This document shows, piece after piece, positions 17,484 through 27,614 of a stretch of 64,000 bases of DNA. How positions within the stretch are numbered: position 1 is the stretch's first letter; every line of letters starts with the position of its first letter. Position numbers and translations under genes: made by a program. This DNA comes from an uncultured Candidatus Saccharibacteria bacterium (lineage in GTDB: Bacteria > Patescibacteriota > Saccharimonadia > Saccharimonadales > CAYVSP01), in the NCBI GenBank assembly GCA_964453655.1, contig CAYVSP010000001.1, positions 645-64,644 on the forward strand, given 5' to 3'. A model generated the notes under the pieces. That model was not told the DNA's origin, did no database searches, and saw only the letters and a list, made by a program, of their open reading frames with translations.

Positions 17484-19133
17484 TTAGAAATGTTCCCTGA
17501 TGTGTTTCATTGAATATTCCCAATCACTGGTGACTTTGACATGCGGATTAAAAATGTTGTCGGGATCAAAAATGTCCTTAAGCTCTTTGAAATAGCCCAC
17601 CACCTCTTTGCCGTACATTTGCTTAAGCCATGGTCCGCGAATCAGTCCGTCATTATGTTCACCGGAGAGCGACCCTTTATAGCTAAGTACCAGCTCATTG
17701 ACTTCCCGCATAGCTGGCTCAAGTTTGGCACGTTCTTTAGGATCCTCAATTTTCATGAGTGGGATGATATGAAAGTTGCCGTCGCCCATGTGGCCAGCTA
17801 CGGTTGCTTGCAGTTTGTACTTATTCACAATTTTGCGAAGTTTTGGCAAAAACGCTGGCAAGTGATAGGGCGGTACAACTAAGTCGTCAATAAACGGTGC
17901 AGTATGCTTGTCTTTGACTTTCTTTCTAAGTAGATTAAAACTTTCACGGCGCATAATCCTGAATTTCCAAGATTTATTTGCTGTTTCATCTTCTTCCATG
18001 GCCTCCAATTTATAAGGCTCCAGAATCTTTTTAAGATTATTTAGCTTTTGGGTTACTTCGGCTTGGCTTTTGCCAGTAAACTCCACCAGCAGGATAAGCT
18101 TTGGAATACCTTTAAAAAGAATCAGCGCATCAGGTAATAACTGGAATGCTAGCTTAATCATTTTTCGCCACCCCAAAGTTTTGCGAAAGAACGGGAAAAA
18201 CTTAATTGAAAGGTCGAGTGTATAGTTATCAAACGACTCAAAACTGGTTGGGTGCTGCGTCATTACAGTATTAATAATGTCGCCGAGTCCATCCATCGAT
18301 TTCATAAAACAGACCAACACACCAGAATATGGTTCTTTTGGCACAAGCTTAAACTTGATGTCGGTTATAAATCCTAGAGTCCCTTGCGAGCCAACAAACG
18401 CTTTGGTGAGATCAAATATCCCTTTTTGGCGATCCCAAATATCCCACAAATTGTATCCCGTCGAGTTTTTGGATACAGCCGGCTTTGCTTGCTTAATAGC
18501 GTCATAATTATTATTAACCAACTTAAAGACCTTGCGATAAACACTACCTTCAAAGTCTTTCCGTTTCATTTTTTTATCCAGTTCAGTCTTGTTAAGTGGC
18601 CGAATATTGTACTCGTTGCCATCAGCCAAGACCACTTTGAGTTCGTCCACGTAGTTTATGGTTTTTCCATAACGCAAACTCATTTCACCACCTGAGTTAT
18701 TGGCTACCATGCCGCCGACCGTGCAGAGTTCGCGCGAGGCCGGAAAACTGGGCATAAGAGCTTTTCGTTTTAGGGTTTTAGGCTCAAAATCGCGATAATA
18801 GACGCCTGGTTGCACGTGTGCACGACTGCTTGTGACTGACTCTATTCGGTTAAAATGCTTGGTGAAATCTAAAAGTATGGACTCGCTGAGAGCAGCACCC
18901 GACATATCGGTGCCAGCGCTTCGTGCTGTCAGGGAAAGTTGAGGATTGCGATCCTTATGAGTGGTCACGAATCGCACAATCGTCTGTACATCGTTAACAT
19001 CCTTCGGAGCAATTACTGCTGCCGGCTTTACTTCAAACAGGCTGGCATCGTGGCTATATGTTTCTCGAGTTGCCTCACTATCATCAATTTCTCCGCGGAT
19101 ATTATCCTGGAGGTCTCGTTTGAGACTTATCAT
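17484..19133 (-). CDS. FAD-binding oxidoreductase (D-2-hydroxyacid dehydrogenase/GlcD-like)
   Basis: RSAGTDMSG, GGMVANNSGG, GSQGTLG, GHMGDGNFH, SGEHNDG, IFNP. Confidence 0.9.
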   Translation of the reverse strand: MISLKRDLQDNIRGEIDDSEATRETYSHDASLFEVKPAAVIAPKDVNDVQTIVRFVTTHKDRNPQLSLTARSAGTDMSGAALSESILLDFTKHFNRIESVTSSRAHVQPGVYYRDFEPKTLKRKALMPSFPASRELCTVGGMVANNSGGEMSLRYGKTINYVDELKVVLADGNEYNIRPLNKTELDKKMKRKDFEGSVYRKVFKLVNNNYDAIKQAKPAVSKNSTGYNLWDIWDRQKGIFDLTKAFVGSQGTLGFITDIKFKLVPKEPYSGVLVCFMKSMDGLGDIINTVMTQHPTSFESFDNYTLDLSIKFFPFFRKTLGWRKMIKLAFQLLPDALILFKGIPKLILLVEFTGKSQAEVTQKLNNLKKILEPYKLEAMEEDETANKSWKFRIMRRESFNLLRKKVKDKHTAPFIDDLVVPPYHLPAFLPKLRKIVNKYKLQATVAGHMGDGNFHIIPLMKIEDPKERAKLEPAMREVNELVLSYKGSLSGEHNDGLIRGPWLKQMYGKEVVGYFKELKDIFDPDNIFNPHVKVTSDWEYSMKHIREHF

Positions 19134-19206
19134 ACGATTAGCTTAACCGTTATCAATTGCGGTCGCAAGTTGCTTGTGCTTAATCAGCACGCTACACTTT
19201 AAAGTA

Positions 19207-20427
19207 ATGGCAAAACGAAACATTCGTCTGGTTATCGTCGGTGGCGGCTTTGGCGGTATTAAGTTAGTACGTTCACTGGCCGATATTGATGGCATCCATA
19301 TAACCCTCATATCCGATCGCGCTTTTTTCCGCTATTCACCGGCTTTATACCGAACAGCCACCGGACATCGTAATAAAGAATCGAATGTATCTATTAAGGT
19401 GCTCCTGAAAGGCATATCAAACGTACACTTCGTTACAGCGCGGGCCACTAAAATTAATCGCCAGAAAAGGTTGATTACAACGGCTGGCAACACTACCTTC
19501 GAGTACGATTATGCCGTCCTGGCGCTTGGCGTTGTTACAAGTTACTTTGGTATAGATGGTCTTGAGCAGTACGCCTATGGCATAAAATCAGCCGAGGAGG
19601 TAGATAAGCTACGCGCCCACCTGCACCAAGAGCTTGTTAATGGGGAGGCTTTTGACAAAAACTATGTAGTAGTTGGCGGTGGCCCAACAGGAGTTGAGTT
19701 GTCAGCTGCGCTGGTTTATTACCTCAACCGCATGGCTAAACGCCATCATATTAAAGAGCACAAGATACACCTTGAACTAATTGAAGCTGCGCACCGCTTG
19801 CTTCCCAACAGCTCTCGTTTAGGCTCTGCACTGGCACGCAAACGCTTAACTAAGCTAGGTGTCAACGTGGTAACAAATTGTCGTGTCCAAGGCGAAACAA
19901 AATCAACATTAATGGCAAACGGCAAATCAATCCCAACCCAAACAGTCGTCTGGACAGCTGGCGTTACTAATAATCCCTTTTTTCTAGCAAATGCCGCCCA
20001 ATTCCAACTTAATGAGCATCGAAAAGTGGTGGTTGATGGATACCTGCGTGTTGATGAGCGCACATTTGTGATTGGTGACAATGCGGCAACACCATATAGT
20101 GGTTTGGCTCTGACAGCAATCCATGATGGCACTTATGTTGCCCGCTACCTCAAGCAAACACTGCATCATAGAGTAATTGAGCCATATAAAGCTTCTACGC
20201 CCATTTCCGCAGTACCGATTGGTCCGCGCTACGCCATTGTGAACTGGCGCGGCCATACCTTTGGAGGCTTTACGGCATCACTTGTAAGGCTGTTTGCTGA
20301 TCTTATAGGCTATACAGATATTATGGGGGTACGTCGAGCAGTTGGTATGTGGCTAAAACGATACGAATATGAGGAAAGGTGTCCTATTTGTAATGCGCTT
20401 ACGCTAAGTGACGTCATGAACGATTAA
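19207..20427 (+). CDS. ndh: Type II NADH:quinone oxidoreductase
   Basis: GGGFGG and GGGPTGVE Rossmann motifs, VWTAGV, VIGD. Confidence 0.85.
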   Translation: MAKRNIRLVIVGGGFGGIKLVRSLADIDGIHITLISDRAFFRYSPALYRTATGHRNKESNVSIKVLLKGISNVHFVTARATKINRQKRLITTAGNTTFEYDYAVLALGVVTSYFGIDGLEQYAYGIKSAEEVDKLRAHLHQELVNGEAFDKNYVVVGGGPTGVELSAALVYYLNRMAKRHHIKEHKIHLELIEAAHRLLPNSSRLGSALARKRLTKLGVNVVTNCRVQGETKSTLMANGKSIPTQTVVWTAGVTNNPFFLANAAQFQLNEHRKVVVDGYLRVDERTFVIGDNAATPYSGLALTAIHDGTYVARYLKQTLHHRVIEPYKASTPISAVPIGPRYAIVNWRGHTFGGFTASLVRLFADLIGYTDIMGVRRAVGMWLKRYEYEERCPICNALTLSDVMND

Positions 20428-20445
20428 GGTATACTTGGATTAGAA

Positions 20446-21111
20446 ATGGACACTACAACAAAACATCCTGAAAAATTTGAACCCCTGTGGCACGTTCAGT
20501 TAGCCGTCTTGTGCGCAATTGGCTTACAGATAGTACTAATTGATAAATTAACGGCAGGCCCTAAATATATAATTGCCGGCCTTGAGTTTGTTCTTTTGAT
20601 TATTTTGTCAATCACCACACATGATGCACTCATTTATAAAAGCGGTAGCTTGAGACGCTTGGTTGGGATTATAATGACTGGCTTGATTTCGATGGCTAAC
20701 ATTACCTCTCTCATCTTAGTGCTTAACTATTTGCTCACTAAGTCCCATCATATCGATGGCCGCACGCTCATTTTCTCGGCGATAGCCATTTTTCTTACCA
20801 ACATTATTATGTTTGGCTTATGGTACTGGGAGTTGGATGGCGGCGGACCGGGCGGGCGTGGCACGCACAGGCCGCCGGTGGATTTTCTGTTTCCTCAGAT
20901 GAATATTTCGTACAAAGTTACTGAGCAAGAAAATTGGCAACCCACTTTTTTTGATTACCTATACGTATCCATTACTAATGCGACCGCTTTTAGTCCGACC
21001 GACACATTGCCCATTACACATAGAGCTAAATTACTGATGAGTATTCAAAGTATAGCTTCATTACTGACTGTCGCTTTGGTGGCGGCGCGGGCAATTAATA
21101 TCCTAGCTTAA
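20446..21111 (+). CDS. DUF1345-like membrane protein
   Basis: WELDGGG, DFLFPQ, PTFFDYLY, FSPTD motifs. Confidence 0.8.
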   Translation: MDTTTKHPEKFEPLWHVQLAVLCAIGLQIVLIDKLTAGPKYIIAGLEFVLLIILSITTHDALIYKSGSLRRLVGIIMTGLISMANITSLILVLNYLLTKSHHIDGRTLIFSAIAIFLTNIIMFGLWYWELDGGGPGGRGTHRPPVDFLFPQMNISYKVTEQENWQPTFFDYLYVSITNATAFSPTDTLPITHRAKLLMSIQSIASLLTVALVAARAINILA

Positions 21112-21392
21112 GAACGCGGCCAGAGTAGCTTCCCAACCACTGCCGTTAGCTCCAACCAGCCGAATTCATCGCTGTCGGTACTTTTGAGACGATTATCACC
21201 AGACACAAATATTCGCTTTTCGCTAACCTTAGTTACTCGCTTTACCTTCTCCAGTCCATTATGGCGTATAACCACTATATCTCCCTCTTTGGGCGGCAAG
21301 TACCAGCGAGTCATAATGATGACATTGCCTGGCAGTAAACGCGGCATCATACTTTCACCCTCAACACGGCGAAGCCCTAAGGGTAACTTCAT
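21108..21392 (-). CDS. sodX: Ni-SOD maturation protease (S26 family)
   Basis: GESM.P, KVKRV, GDN..STDS..FG; adjacent to sodN. Confidence 0.88.
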   Translation of the reverse strand: MKLPLGLRRVEGESMMPRLLPGNVIIMTRWYLPPKEGDIVVIRHNGLEKVKRVTKVSEKRIFVSGDNRLKSTDSDEFGWLELTAVVGKLLWPRS

Positions 21393-21395
21393 GGC

Positions 21396-21779
21396 TTACT
21401 GAGCCTTCTTGGTTTCCCAGAATATCTTACTAATCTCAGCAATCATCGCCAGCAGTTTTTTACCTTCGGCCGGATCAGAATGATGTTTGCATTCGCCGGC
21501 TTGTTTAGTCGCTTTCCAAAACTTGTCATGCAAATCAGGATATTTTTTGAGATGCTCGGGCTTGAAGTAATCAGTCCAAAGAACCCATAGGTGATGTTTT
21601 ACTAGCTCAGCTCGTTGTTCTTTAATGAAAAGCGCACGTATTTTACCCTCTTCATCAAGTTCTTTATATTTGGTCTGGATAGCATAGACGCTTTTAGCCT
21701 CTATTTCGGCCTGTACTGGATCGTACACCCCACATGGTAAATCGCAGTGCGCATATACTGGTTTAATAAATTGCTTCAT
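21396..21779 (-). CDS. sodN: Nickel superoxide dismutase
   Basis: Ni-hook HCDLPCGVYDP after a 10-aa leader; LWTDYFKP. Confidence 0.97.
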   Translation of the reverse strand: MKQFIKPVYAHCDLPCGVYDPVQAEIEAKSVYAIQTKYKELDEEGKIRALFIKEQRAELVKHHLWVLWTDYFKPEHLKKYPDLHDKFWKATKQAGECKHHSDPAEGKKLLAMIAEISKIFWETKKAQ

Positions 21780-21815
21780 GCTCTGCCTCCTTTTCTATGA
21801 GCTAGTATAGCAATC

Positions 21816-22736
21816 TCAGGCCACACTTTTTAATCGTCTAACTTCATTTGGCGGTGGTGTAGGTGATTTAGGTTTTTTATCAAACCAATTTCTCATGAAG
21901 CCAGCTGCTTCTTCTGGCGTAAATGCATGCACCAAAGCAAAGGTGACTTCCTGTTGATCGCGTGGTTTAGCACGATCAACCATACCTTTTGCATAAAGTC
22001 GTAATATTTTATCGACTACATCTGGCTTCATGCCAAGCGGCAATGCATTACCGCTTAGCGTCGACAAACGATTGACACAAAGCTTAATCATTGCTGCGCC
22101 GCCTACACACATAGCAATGCGGTTCATACGAGTAGCCCTGTCTTCAATGCCATCCTTACCAAATTTATGTTCATAAATAACATCGATTTTCTCTGGAATG
22201 CTCAATGTTCCATTTTGAGGTCGATTCTCTAGGGCAACATTAGCATGTCTCTTGATTAAAAATTGGGAGTACACGTTTGCATACACGCCCCGAGCGGCTG
22301 ATTCAACTGCAAAATCCCTTATAACGCTGTCAGTGAAAGCCAAATTTGAAAATTGCCCTAGTATGGTTTCAACCGGCCGATATAAAGCATTGATTGCATT
22401 GGGTGACATGTAAATAATTGCGGATTCAGTCAGTGTATCTGTAACATCATCAACCGTGACCTCGAAACCGGCTCGCTCAGATGATCTATTAGCGTCAGGC
22501 ACAAGTACCGCACTACATTCTGCGCTTACAGCCCGTTGTGCTATTCGCACCTCTGTATCTGGTACAAAACTTTGCACAATGCCACGGGCTTCAGTATGAA
22601 TCGAAGGTTCTTGTAAATTTTCTAGAAAATTGTCGATATTAAAATCTTCTCCTAGAAAGCTAAGTTGTCGTCTCAGTTGGGGTAAATCGCCGGCAAAAAT
22701 TGGCTGAAAGCCTTCTCCGCCTTGCTGGGTATACAT
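21816..22736 (-). CDS. Hypothetical protein
   Basis: 306-aa ORF, no recognisable motif. Confidence 0.6.
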   Translation of the reverse strand: MYTQQGGEGFQPIFAGDLPQLRRQLSFLGEDFNIDNFLENLQEPSIHTEARGIVQSFVPDTEVRIAQRAVSAECSAVLVPDANRSSERAGFEVTVDDVTDTLTESAIIYMSPNAINALYRPVETILGQFSNLAFTDSVIRDFAVESAARGVYANVYSQFLIKRHANVALENRPQNGTLSIPEKIDVIYEHKFGKDGIEDRATRMNRIAMCVGGAAMIKLCVNRLSTLSGNALPLGMKPDVVDKILRLYAKGMVDRAKPRDQQEVTFALVHAFTPEEAAGFMRNWFDKKPKSPTPPPNEVRRLKSVA

Positions 22737-22768
22737 AGTATATTTATAACATAAACATACTTATATTA

Positions 22769-23407
22769 CTATAGTTTTTGCTGTCGCCATTTTTCAATTT
22801 CGCCGTGGTTGCCGGTCAGTAAAACGTCAGGAACACTCAAGCCCCTAAAGTCCTCAGGGCGAGTATATTGCGGGAACTCTATTGTCTCATCATCTTGTTG
22901 AAATGATTCAATCTCAGTCGAGGCTTCACCGCCTAAAACACCCGGCAGCAATCTTACTACGCTATCTATAATAATCATGGCCGGTAATTCGCCGCCGGTA
23001 AGCACATAGTTGCCGATGCAAAACTGCTGATTAACCCATTTAACAATTCGCTCATCATAGCCTTCATAACGCGGGCAAACAAGAATTAGGCCTTTAGCCT
23101 TTGCGAGCTTCTTGGCATCTGATTGCTTGTAACTCTTGCCTCTTGGCGTTGGTAAAATAACGATTGCTTCCGGATCATTTTCTTTGGCTTTCTCTATGGC
23201 CGCTACAATCGGTTCAGGTTTTAGCAACATTCCATCGCCACCACCGTATGGCGTATCGTCTACCGTTTTACGTTTGCCAATACCAAAATCACGCAAGTTT
23301 ATATAGCTAATCTCAATAATTTTGCGGTCCTGCGCTTTCCAAAGCATGCTGGCATTAAGCACGCCAGAGAACATGTCCGGAAAAAGGGTAATTATTTGCA
23401 CTTTCAT
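22769..23407 (-). CDS. trmD: tRNA (guanine37-N1)-methyltransferase
   Basis: IITLFP, DDTPYGGG, RYEGYDER, VLTGGE, PQYTRP. Confidence 0.97.
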   Translation of the reverse strand: MKVQIITLFPDMFSGVLNASMLWKAQDRKIIEISYINLRDFGIGKRKTVDDTPYGGGDGMLLKPEPIVAAIEKAKENDPEAIVILPTPRGKSYKQSDAKKLAKAKGLILVCPRYEGYDERIVKWVNQQFCIGNYVLTGGELPAMIIIDSVVRLLPGVLGGEASTEIESFQQDDETIEFPQYTRPEDFRGLSVPDVLLTGNHGEIEKWRQQKL

Positions 23408-23430
23408 TGAAATTATTATACCACCTGCAA

Positions 23431-23462
23431 ACAAAAAGAACCTCTGTTGAGGTTCGTTTTGT
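23431..23462 (-). terminator. Intrinsic terminator after khpA
   Basis: Minus strand GAACCTC-AACA-GAGGTTC-TTTTT. Confidence 0.7.
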
Positions 23463-23518
23463 CACATAAAGCTCCCATCTTTCGATGGCTCGCAGAGCTT
23501 TTCTTTTTGACTAACTAA

Positions 23519-23980
23519 TTATACATCAAGATCATCAAGTTCTTCAAGTTCACGACGCGTTTCACTCACAACATCGCTATGCTTGTCTTCTTCAGGCTCG
23601 ACTGCTACGTCTTCGCCTGCATCTTCATCCGTATTATTATCCTGATCGTCATTTGATGAGCTATCAGGCTGCTCACCTTCGTGATTTGAGCTGTCTGCCT
23701 CTCTAGGCTCACTGCGTTCTGGTCGAGGCACTCCGTTATCGACAATTTTCAGATTATAACGGGCATCATTTTTAGTTCCCAGCGCTCGCAAAAGTGTGCG
23801 CAAACTTTGAGCGGTTGCACCCCGTTTGCCGATTACCCGGCCTAAATCTTCAGGATCAACTGTGAGTTCAAGCAGTACGCCTTTTTCGTCAATACGCCGT
23901 TCAATTTGAACAGCGTCAGGTTTACTAACTAAGGATTTGACAACGAATTCGATAAATTGTTGGTCGATGGTAGTACTCAT
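23519..23980 (-). CDS. khpA: KH-domain RNA-binding protein
   Basis: DLGRVIGKRG motif, position after rpsP, acidic tail. Confidence 0.9.
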   Translation of the reverse strand: MSTTIDQQFIEFVVKSLVSKPDAVQIERRIDEKGVLLELTVDPEDLGRVIGKRGATAQSLRTLLRALGTKNDARYNLKIVDNGVPRPERSEPREADSSNHEGEQPDSSSNDDQDNNTDEDAGEDVAVEPEEDKHSDVVSETRRELEELDDLDV

Positions 23981-24045
23981 GGTGGCGGACTCCTCTGTTA
24001 AATCTCAGAATAATACTAGTATACCAGATTCTATTCAGTGGGTTT

Positions 24046-24597
24046 TTATTCGGTGTTGTCTGCTTCAGACTCGAGCTCAGCAGTTGCTTCTTCTGCCTCA
24101 GGTTTTTCGTTTGCTTCAGGTGTGTCTTTAGGAGACGCAGCCGGCTCAGTAGTTTCTGCTTCTGTCTTTTCCGCAGCTTCTGGTGGTTGAGTAGAAACTT
24201 CTTCGGTTTGTGCATCTGTCGCAGGTGCTTCCTTTGGCTTAGCTTCATCAGCTTTAACTTCTGACTTGGGCGCCTCAGTTCCAGCGGGACGATTTTTGCG
24301 TAATTTTTCTGGATTGCGGGTTGCGCTCTCTTTTTTGGGAGCTATTTTGACCCATTTGGGTAGCTTTACGCCTTCACTTTTTAGTAACCTTGCTACCCGC
24401 TCCGACGGTTGAGCGCCGTGTTCCAGATAAAAACTAGCTTCTTCTTTCTTTAGCTGAGCTGTCTTGGTGTGTGGATTATAACTTCCGAGCAGGGCTACAA
24501 CATTACCACTGCTAGGATGCCTATGGGCATCTTGAACAATTACGCGAAATTGAGCATGTCCTTTGCGGCCGGTTCTTTGCATACGAATAGCTAACAT
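24046..24597 (-). CDS. rpsP: 30S ribosomal protein S16 with long acidic C-terminal extension
   Basis: MLAIRMQRTGRK, LGSYNP, GAQPSERV. Confidence 0.97.
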   Translation of the reverse strand: MLAIRMQRTGRKGHAQFRVIVQDAHRHPSSGNVVALLGSYNPHTKTAQLKKEEASFYLEHGAQPSERVARLLKSEGVKLPKWVKIAPKKESATRNPEKLRKNRPAGTEAPKSEVKADEAKPKEAPATDAQTEEVSTQPPEAAEKTEAETTEPAASPKDTPEANEKPEAEEATAELESEADNTE

Positions 24598-24680
24598 GGT
24601 GCTTTAGTGTACTTCCCTTATCTAAAAATAGTAAACCAAGTTCGCCTTATTCTACAGATTACCGCCCCTGTTGTCAAACT

Positions 24681-25172
24681 CTATTCAGTAGTTCTTGTGG
24701 CCGCTAACTTCATTCGCCTAAATATGGCTACCGTAAAGTTCATATCTTGTTGTGTACCAGAAACAGATAAACTATTGTGGCGTAGCGTAAAGTTTATTCC
24801 GGTTGTAATTGTAATGTCAGTTCCTGGATGGACGGGAGTAGGGGCCGCACGTAGCACTATAAAAGATTCATTGTAGTCAAGTTCACCTGTTTCTGAGTCG
24901 ACACATTTTACCCCTTCAAGCCAAACAAATCCGATCATTTTCCCGCCATAAATATACGGAAAGCGGGGTGTCTCATGTTGTACGCCACTTTTGCCAAAAC
25001 CTGTTCCCCCTAAAGAAAGCTCTTCTAAAACACCTAGACCCTTATCGAGAGCATCTCGGCACTTTTGTTCGTCTAGCTCGGGATTGTTAGGCATAACCAA
25101 TTGATCAATGGCTTGAGTTACTGGATCATGGCTCATGAAACCACCCTCAATCTGGCCTTTTTCTGCACTCAT
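24681..25172 (-). CDS. Hypothetical protein
   Basis: 163-aa ORF between rnc and rpsP. Confidence 0.5.
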   Translation of the reverse strand: MSAEKGQIEGGFMSHDPVTQAIDQLVMPNNPELDEQKCRDALDKGLGVLEELSLGGTGFGKSGVQHETPRFPYIYGGKMIGFVWLEGVKCVDSETGELDYNESFIVLRAAPTPVHPGTDITITTGINFTLRHNSLSVSGTQQDMNFTVAIFRRMKLAATRTTE

Positions 25173-25218
25173 GGTTTGAAGTTTACAACAGAAAGCGATT
25201 TGTGCAACCTAAAGCAAT

Positions 25219-25914
25219 TTACTGATACGTTTTGAGGGCGGCTTCGGCGGCGGCAACTTGACCGGCTTGCTTACTTGGTCCGGTACCTTTGCCTTTGAGT
25301 TCGTTATTCACATAAACACCAACAGTAAATACCTTGTCATGGTCCGGGCCCTCTTCACTAATAACCCGATAAACCGGCGTAAAACCGTCACCACTTTGTA
25401 TCATTTCCTGTAATTGCGATTTGGGATCCTGCCAGGAGCCGGTTTTAAGGATATCCTTGAAAGTTACTACCAAACTTACTTCGATGAAACGCTTAGACAC
25501 TTCATAACCTTGATCTAAATAAAGCGCACCGACTACGGCCTCGTAACAATTAGCCAGAATCTGCGCTCGAGCGCGAGGAGTGCCTCGCTTTTCACCGCGG
25601 CTAAGCCTAAGCAATGGTTCAAAGTCGTACCGATTTGCGGCTGCTCCTATACTTTCGGTACGAACCAGCGCGCTACGCCAGTTGGTTAATACCCCCTCTG
25701 GGTCATCAAAGTTATTAAAGAGATACTCTGTAACTACTAACTCAAGTACCGCATCGCCTAAAAACTCTAGCCGTTCATTGTGCTCGCGCACGGTTTTACG
25801 ATGTTCATTAACGTAGCTGCGATGCGTGAAAGCCGTAACTAGTAGTTCTAAATTATGGAAATCAACTCCCAGCTTTTCACGGGCAAATGTCTTATAAGCG
25901 CTAAAATCTTGCAT
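25219..25914 (-). CDS. rnc: Ribonuclease III
   Basis: NERLEFLGDAVL signature plus dsRBD. Confidence 0.97.
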   Translation of the reverse strand: MQDFSAYKTFAREKLGVDFHNLELLVTAFTHRSYVNEHRKTVREHNERLEFLGDAVLELVVTEYLFNNFDDPEGVLTNWRSALVRTESIGAAANRYDFEPLLRLSRGEKRGTPRARAQILANCYEAVVGALYLDQGYEVSKRFIEVSLVVTFKDILKTGSWQDPKSQLQEMIQSGDGFTPVYRVISEEGPDHDKVFTVGVYVNNELKGKGTGPSKQAGQVAAAEAALKTYQ

Positions 25915-25915
25915 A

Positions 25916-26413
25916 CTACTTTGTTGAACGAATTTGCTTAAGTCCGAGTAAAATTATCTTGCCGATATCTTCATATTCAATTTTATCCAATGCTTCGGCA
26001 GTTGAAAACCATTTAATGCCGTTCATCCAGTCCTCCGGCTTCAGAGCATCGCTATTGCCCTTGGCTTCTACCAGAAAGATTTCGGTAGTCATGAGCACCA
26101 AGCTTGTGGCCCGGCGGTAACGAAAGTTAATCTTGCCTAGCCAGCCAAGTACTTTCATTTCTTGCAGGCCTGTTTCCTCACGAATTTCCCGTTCGGCCGT
26201 CTCGCGAGCACTTTCACCTTCCTCAATATGGCCTTTAGGAATCGTCCAACGATCTTTAGCGTCTTGAATCAGCAGTATCTGGGAATCCTTACTGTTAGGA
26301 CGGCGACGGAAAACAACGCCGCCAGCAGTTGGCTCACGTACCACTTCATTAATCGTTGGTCGGCGGCGCGATACAAAGCGCTTGAACCCCTTAATTGGCT
26401 TAGGTCGTTGCAT
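25916..26413 (-). CDS. NUDIX hydrolase
   Basis: Nudix box GHIEEGE..A.REIREETG. Confidence 0.9.
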   Translation of the reverse strand: MQRPKPIKGFKRFVSRRRPTINEVVREPTAGGVVFRRRPNSKDSQILLIQDAKDRWTIPKGHIEEGESARETAEREIREETGLQEMKVLGWLGKINFRYRRATSLVLMTTEIFLVEAKGNSDALKPEDWMNGIKWFSTAEALDKIEYEDIGKIILLGLKQIRSTK

Positions 26414-26416
26414 AAC

Positions 26417-26881
26417 TTATTTCTTATCCTTCTTCTTGGTTGCAGCCGGGTTGCTCTTATCTTGTTGTTTCAAAACAGTGCCCAGAACGCCATTAACAAA
26501 TTTGGAACTATTATCGCCGCCGAATGCTTTGGCGAGCTCGACCGCCTCATTGATTACTACCTTGGGTGGTACTGCTGCTTCATAAAGCAGCTCGTAGAGT
26601 CCAATCCGCAGTATTACACGATCCATTCGTGCAATTTGTGCAATCGGCCACTGAGGAGCGGCTGGTTGTAAAATTGCATCGAGTTTGGCCTGTTGCTTGT
26701 TTACGCCGTGTACAAGGTCTTTCGTGAAGGCCACGTCATTGAGGGCTCGTTCATAGCGGTTGATATTGCGCTCCAGCGCCTCATCCAGTTTAAAGCGCTT
26801 GTCGCCACAATTTACACGGAAGTCCTGCTCATACAACGTTTGCAGGGCGACGATGCGACCAAGATGACGGTTTGCGCTCAT
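26417..26881 (-). CDS. nusB: Transcription antitermination factor NusB
   Basis: [28 protein letters not shown]. Confidence 0.97.
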   Translation of the reverse strand: MSANRHLGRIVALQTLYEQDFRVNCGDKRFKLDEALERNINRYERALNDVAFTKDLVHGVNKQQAKLDAILQPAAPQWPIAQIARMDRVILRIGLYELLYEAAVPPKVVINEAVELAKAFGGDNSSKFVNGVLGTVLKQQDKSNPAATKKKDKK

Positions 26882-26932
26882 AATTGTTAAATATCCCTTT
26901 GGGACTGTTCAGTCCGGCAGTTGACTGCCTGC

Positions 26933-27079
26933 TTATTTAGTTGTTTTTGCTGATTCCCGGCGAGTCGTAAAAACTTTAACGGGTGATTTTGCGTTTACGC
27001 GGCGCGCTAGCTCCAATACCTGATGACTGCGGCGTGCGCCAGTACGGCGATGGCTGGTGCGCTTTTTGGGTTTCCCCAT
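26933..27079 (-). CDS. rpmF: 50S ribosomal protein L32, Cys-free form (48 aa, not in ORF track)
   Basis: MGKPKKRTSHRRTGARRSH...; AAAGGAG RBS; upstream of nusB. Confidence 0.88.
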   Translation of the reverse strand: MGKPKKRTSHRRTGARRSHQVLELARRVNAKSPVKVFTTRRESAKTTK

Positions 27080-27208
27080 GTGCAACCACTCCTTTCAAAT
27101 TAACAGATAATACTTACCGATAGCTTAGCGGAATACACGCTAAAACTCAAGCATGTTTGCCTAACAATACTTGACAAATCTAACGTATGTGTTTAAAATA
27201 ATCTTCCT

Positions 27209-27604
27209 ATGTTTAGCAGAGGTGCAGACCGTGAGCCTTCATATAACCCCAACAGACGCCGGGCAGTAGCAAGTGTTTTTGCGGCTGTCTTAAGTTTAGG
27301 GACACTATTAGCTGCCTGTAGCAATGATAAACCCGACACATTCATGATAGGCGATCGCTGTTACGCTTCTGGATTTTTACCTCCTAAAGATTTTACCGGT
27401 CTAACGGCCGATCAAATACGCGTAACAGTTGATCCGCTAAGACAATGTGATGCTAAAGCATTCTTTGAAGATACAGCTGAAAAAAACGGCGGAATCATCT
27501 GGGGCAATACCGCTCAACGACCCGGCCCTCTTACCCTTGCTCTTCCCGATGTTAATTACATCGAGGGACCAATACCAACTGGTCCAACACCTTTAAACTC
27601 CTGA
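27209..27604 (+). CDS. Putative lipoprotein
   Basis: Basic N-terminus, hydrophobic core, LAAC lipobox. Confidence 0.55.
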   Translation: MFSRGADREPSYNPNRRRAVASVFAAVLSLGTLLAACSNDKPDTFMIGDRCYASGFLPPKDFTGLTADQIRVTVDPLRQCDAKAFFEDTAEKNGGIIWGNTAQRPGPLTLALPDVNYIEGPIPTGPTPLNS

Positions 27605-27614
27605 TTAATAATCA

